Positions 39,360 through 40,890 of a DNA stretch of 40,890 bases are shown piece after piece. The translations under genes and the position numbers were made by a program. The notes under the pieces were generated by a model. The model did no database searches, was not told the DNA's origin, and worked only from the letters and a program-made list of their open reading frames with translations. This DNA comes from Alphaproteobacteria bacterium (GTDB lineage Bacteria; Pseudomonadota; Alphaproteobacteria; Rhizobiales; JAJRRF01). The stretch is from assembly GCA_024279735.1 (NCBI GenBank), contig JAJRRF010000181.1:1-40890 (forward strand). The letters run 5' to 3'. Position 1 is the first letter of the stretch. Each line of letters begins with the position of its first letter.

Positions 39360-40645
39360 TCACCAATACCCCGCATCCGTTCAAGCCACTCCTCGTCTTT
39401 CTCCTTCTGTTCTTCAGCTGAAACAGGGTTTTTAACAAAACGGTCAACAATACCATTTGTGACTAATGTGCCAAGAGGTCCCTGAAACACCAACCCCTCA
39501 TAATCATCAAGATCACTCAAACGTACAAGGCGGCTATCGCCGTCTTTGGGATCGCGGTATGAAAACACCACATCGCCCAAGGCCTCATCTGGCAGTGCAT
39601 CCATCAGGGCGGGGTTATGGGTGGTGAGCAACAGGCGTATTTTGCGCTCCTTAGCTTTTTCCAGCATCATCGCCAGCAGTTCATGCGCCCTTGACGGGTG
39701 AATGCCGTTATCCACTTCCTCAATCACCACTGTTGAATTTTCGGGCGCGGAAAGAAGGGCGGCAGCAATTGCCAGCACCCGCAATGTGCCGTCTGAGAGA
39801 AGCTCCCCCAACACAGGACGTTCCTCGCCGCCAAAAGTTTCAACCAGCTCAAAAAAGTAGCGGCCACGGCGGTCATCCTGAAGCCTTATATCTGTAAAAT
39901 TTTGCTCTGGCAGGCTTTTAATAAAGTTAAGCAGCGGCTCTCTATTCTCTTCCTTTGCCCAAAGGGTTTGCAAAACGCCCGCAAGGTTTGAGCAATCATT
40001 GCGCAGTGTTTTTTCAGGAACACTATCACCGCGCATTTTCGAGGGGATTGGGTCGATGAATAGATTTACCTTAAGAAATATTTGATAGAGTTCTACTGAT
40101 TGTAATGCCTCAAACTGAAGCGGGTTATTTGTATCAAACAAAGCAGCTAAATTTTCAATATGTCCCATTACAGATGTTATATTCGGAATATCAAGTATCA
40201 GACCATCTTTAAAGGTAACAACATTCCTATTTTCTTGGAAAGGAAATACTTTCCCAGTATCATTTTTTTCCACACTATATAAAGAGCGTTCATCTTCAAA
40301 TATTTCTTCCTCCAAAACTTTTAAACCATTGTTTTGTCGTCCCAATGTTATCAAAAATTTATTCCATGTTGGCCACTCAATCTCACACCCCAGCGTAAAT
40401 TCCTTAGCCCCGTGATGCCCCAGGTCACGGCTACTGCCGCGAAATATCTTGTTGCTGTCATCAATATTATGCTGAATGGTGGACAGCTTTTGCCCTTCGG
40501 CCAAAAAGCTTAGGAAGCGGAAAGCCTCAATGGCGTTGCTTTTCCCAGAGGCATTTGCCCCAATCATCAGGGTCAGCGGCGCAAGCGGCAAGGACTGCTT
40601 TTTGCCAAAACTCTTGAAATTCTCGATAGTGATAGATTTTAGCAT
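39356..40645 (-). CDS. ABC-type (AAA_21/AbiEii-like) ATPase
   Basis: IENFKSF, Walker A GANASGKSN, signature LSDGT, Walker B IEEVDNGIHP, H-loop TTHNP; RBS GGAAGGA. Confidence 0.9.
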   Translation of the reverse strand: MLKSITIENFKSFGKKQSLPLAPLTLMIGANASGKSNAIEAFRFLSFLAEGQKLSTIQHNIDDSNKIFRGSSRDLGHHGAKEFTLGCEIEWPTWNKFLITLGRQNNGLKVLEEEIFEDERSLYSVEKNDTGKVFPFQENRNVVTFKDGLILDIPNITSVMGHIENLAALFDTNNPLQFEALQSVELYQIFLKVNLFIDPIPSKMRGDSVPEKTLRNDCSNLAGVLQTLWAKEENREPLLNFIKSLPEQNFTDIRLQDDRRGRYFFELVETFGGEERPVLGELLSDGTLRVLAIAAALLSAPENSTVVIEEVDNGIHPSRAHELLAMMLEKAKERKIRLLLTTHNPALMDALPDEALGDVVFSYRDPKDGDSRLVRLSDLDDYEGLVFQGPLGTLVTNGIVDRFVKNPVSAEEQKEKDEEWLERMRGIGE

Positions 40646-40718
40646 GACAGTCCTTCCTTATCTATTTAACGCAAATAATGAAGCGTCTTTGTAAGATACT
40701 GATTCAGTTACTATTCTT

Positions 40719-40748
40719 TGTCATCCTGAATTTATTTCAGGATTCATA
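40719..40748. repeat. REP-like half element, same family as 15137
   Basis: TGTCATCCTGAATTTATTTCAGGATTCATA versus TGTCATCCTGAACTTAGTTCAGGATCCATA. Confidence 0.7.
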
Positions 40749-40751
40749 CAC

Positions 40752-40890
40752 CAATAGTTCGGACAGTTTTCACCCAACAAAAAAATAAGTGAGCCCTCAA
40801 TTTGTGGGAAGATGGTGTTGTAAACGACATCAATCCTTCAAAACGGAGGAACTCATGGACATTGTAACAACTGTTCTGGATCAAATGCCA
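40752..40890 (+). mobile_element. Probable left end of an IS with the transposase start (40855, MDIVTTVLDQMP) running off the window
   Basis: Interrupts the REP-like repeat at CAATAGTTCGGACAG; leader hairpin; strong RBS GGAGGA; the N-terminus resembles DDE (IS701/IS4-like) transposases from recollection only. Confidence 0.45.

Noticed and set aside
1-40890. CRISPR array, tRNA, rRNA or prophage
   Set aside because: No regularly spaced repeats, cloverleaf/rRNA signatures or phage genes were seen.

Overview
This is a core-chromosome segment of an alphaproteobacterium, with Hyphomicrobiales/Rhizobiales-type gene order. It is probably a whole contig broken at an insertion sequence at each end. 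It carries two conserved blocks. The first is rsmA-pdxA-surA-lptD-lptG-lptF with divergent pepA. The second is the long argS-SPOR-nagZ-scpA-scpB-tatABC-serS-surE-pcm-nlpD-(ATPase)-yajC-secD-secF-Mth938-phytoene-synthase-like run. Between them lies an accessory patch (about 11.2-17.8 kb) with a hypothetical membrane protein, a Spy/CpxP-like gene, recQ, a DUF4145-like remnant and several MITE/REP elements. The main non-genic signal is a well-formed XerCD dif site at 11466-11493, with five KOPS octamers on its right all pointing toward it, so this appears to be the replication terminus. Two further intergenic XerD-arm or dif-like sites lie in the same orientation (1764-1791 and 14770-14780), and scpAB is in the same window. 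These may be XerD-only satellite sites or scars of Xer-mediated integration. Also present are an ABC/AAA ATPase + PIN-like pair (candidate defence or toxin-antitoxin system), a perfect CtrA box upstream of nlpD/dipM, and several distinct miniature inverted-repeat families. No rRNA, tRNA or CRISPR array was seen. All motif searches were done by eye and are not exhaustive.
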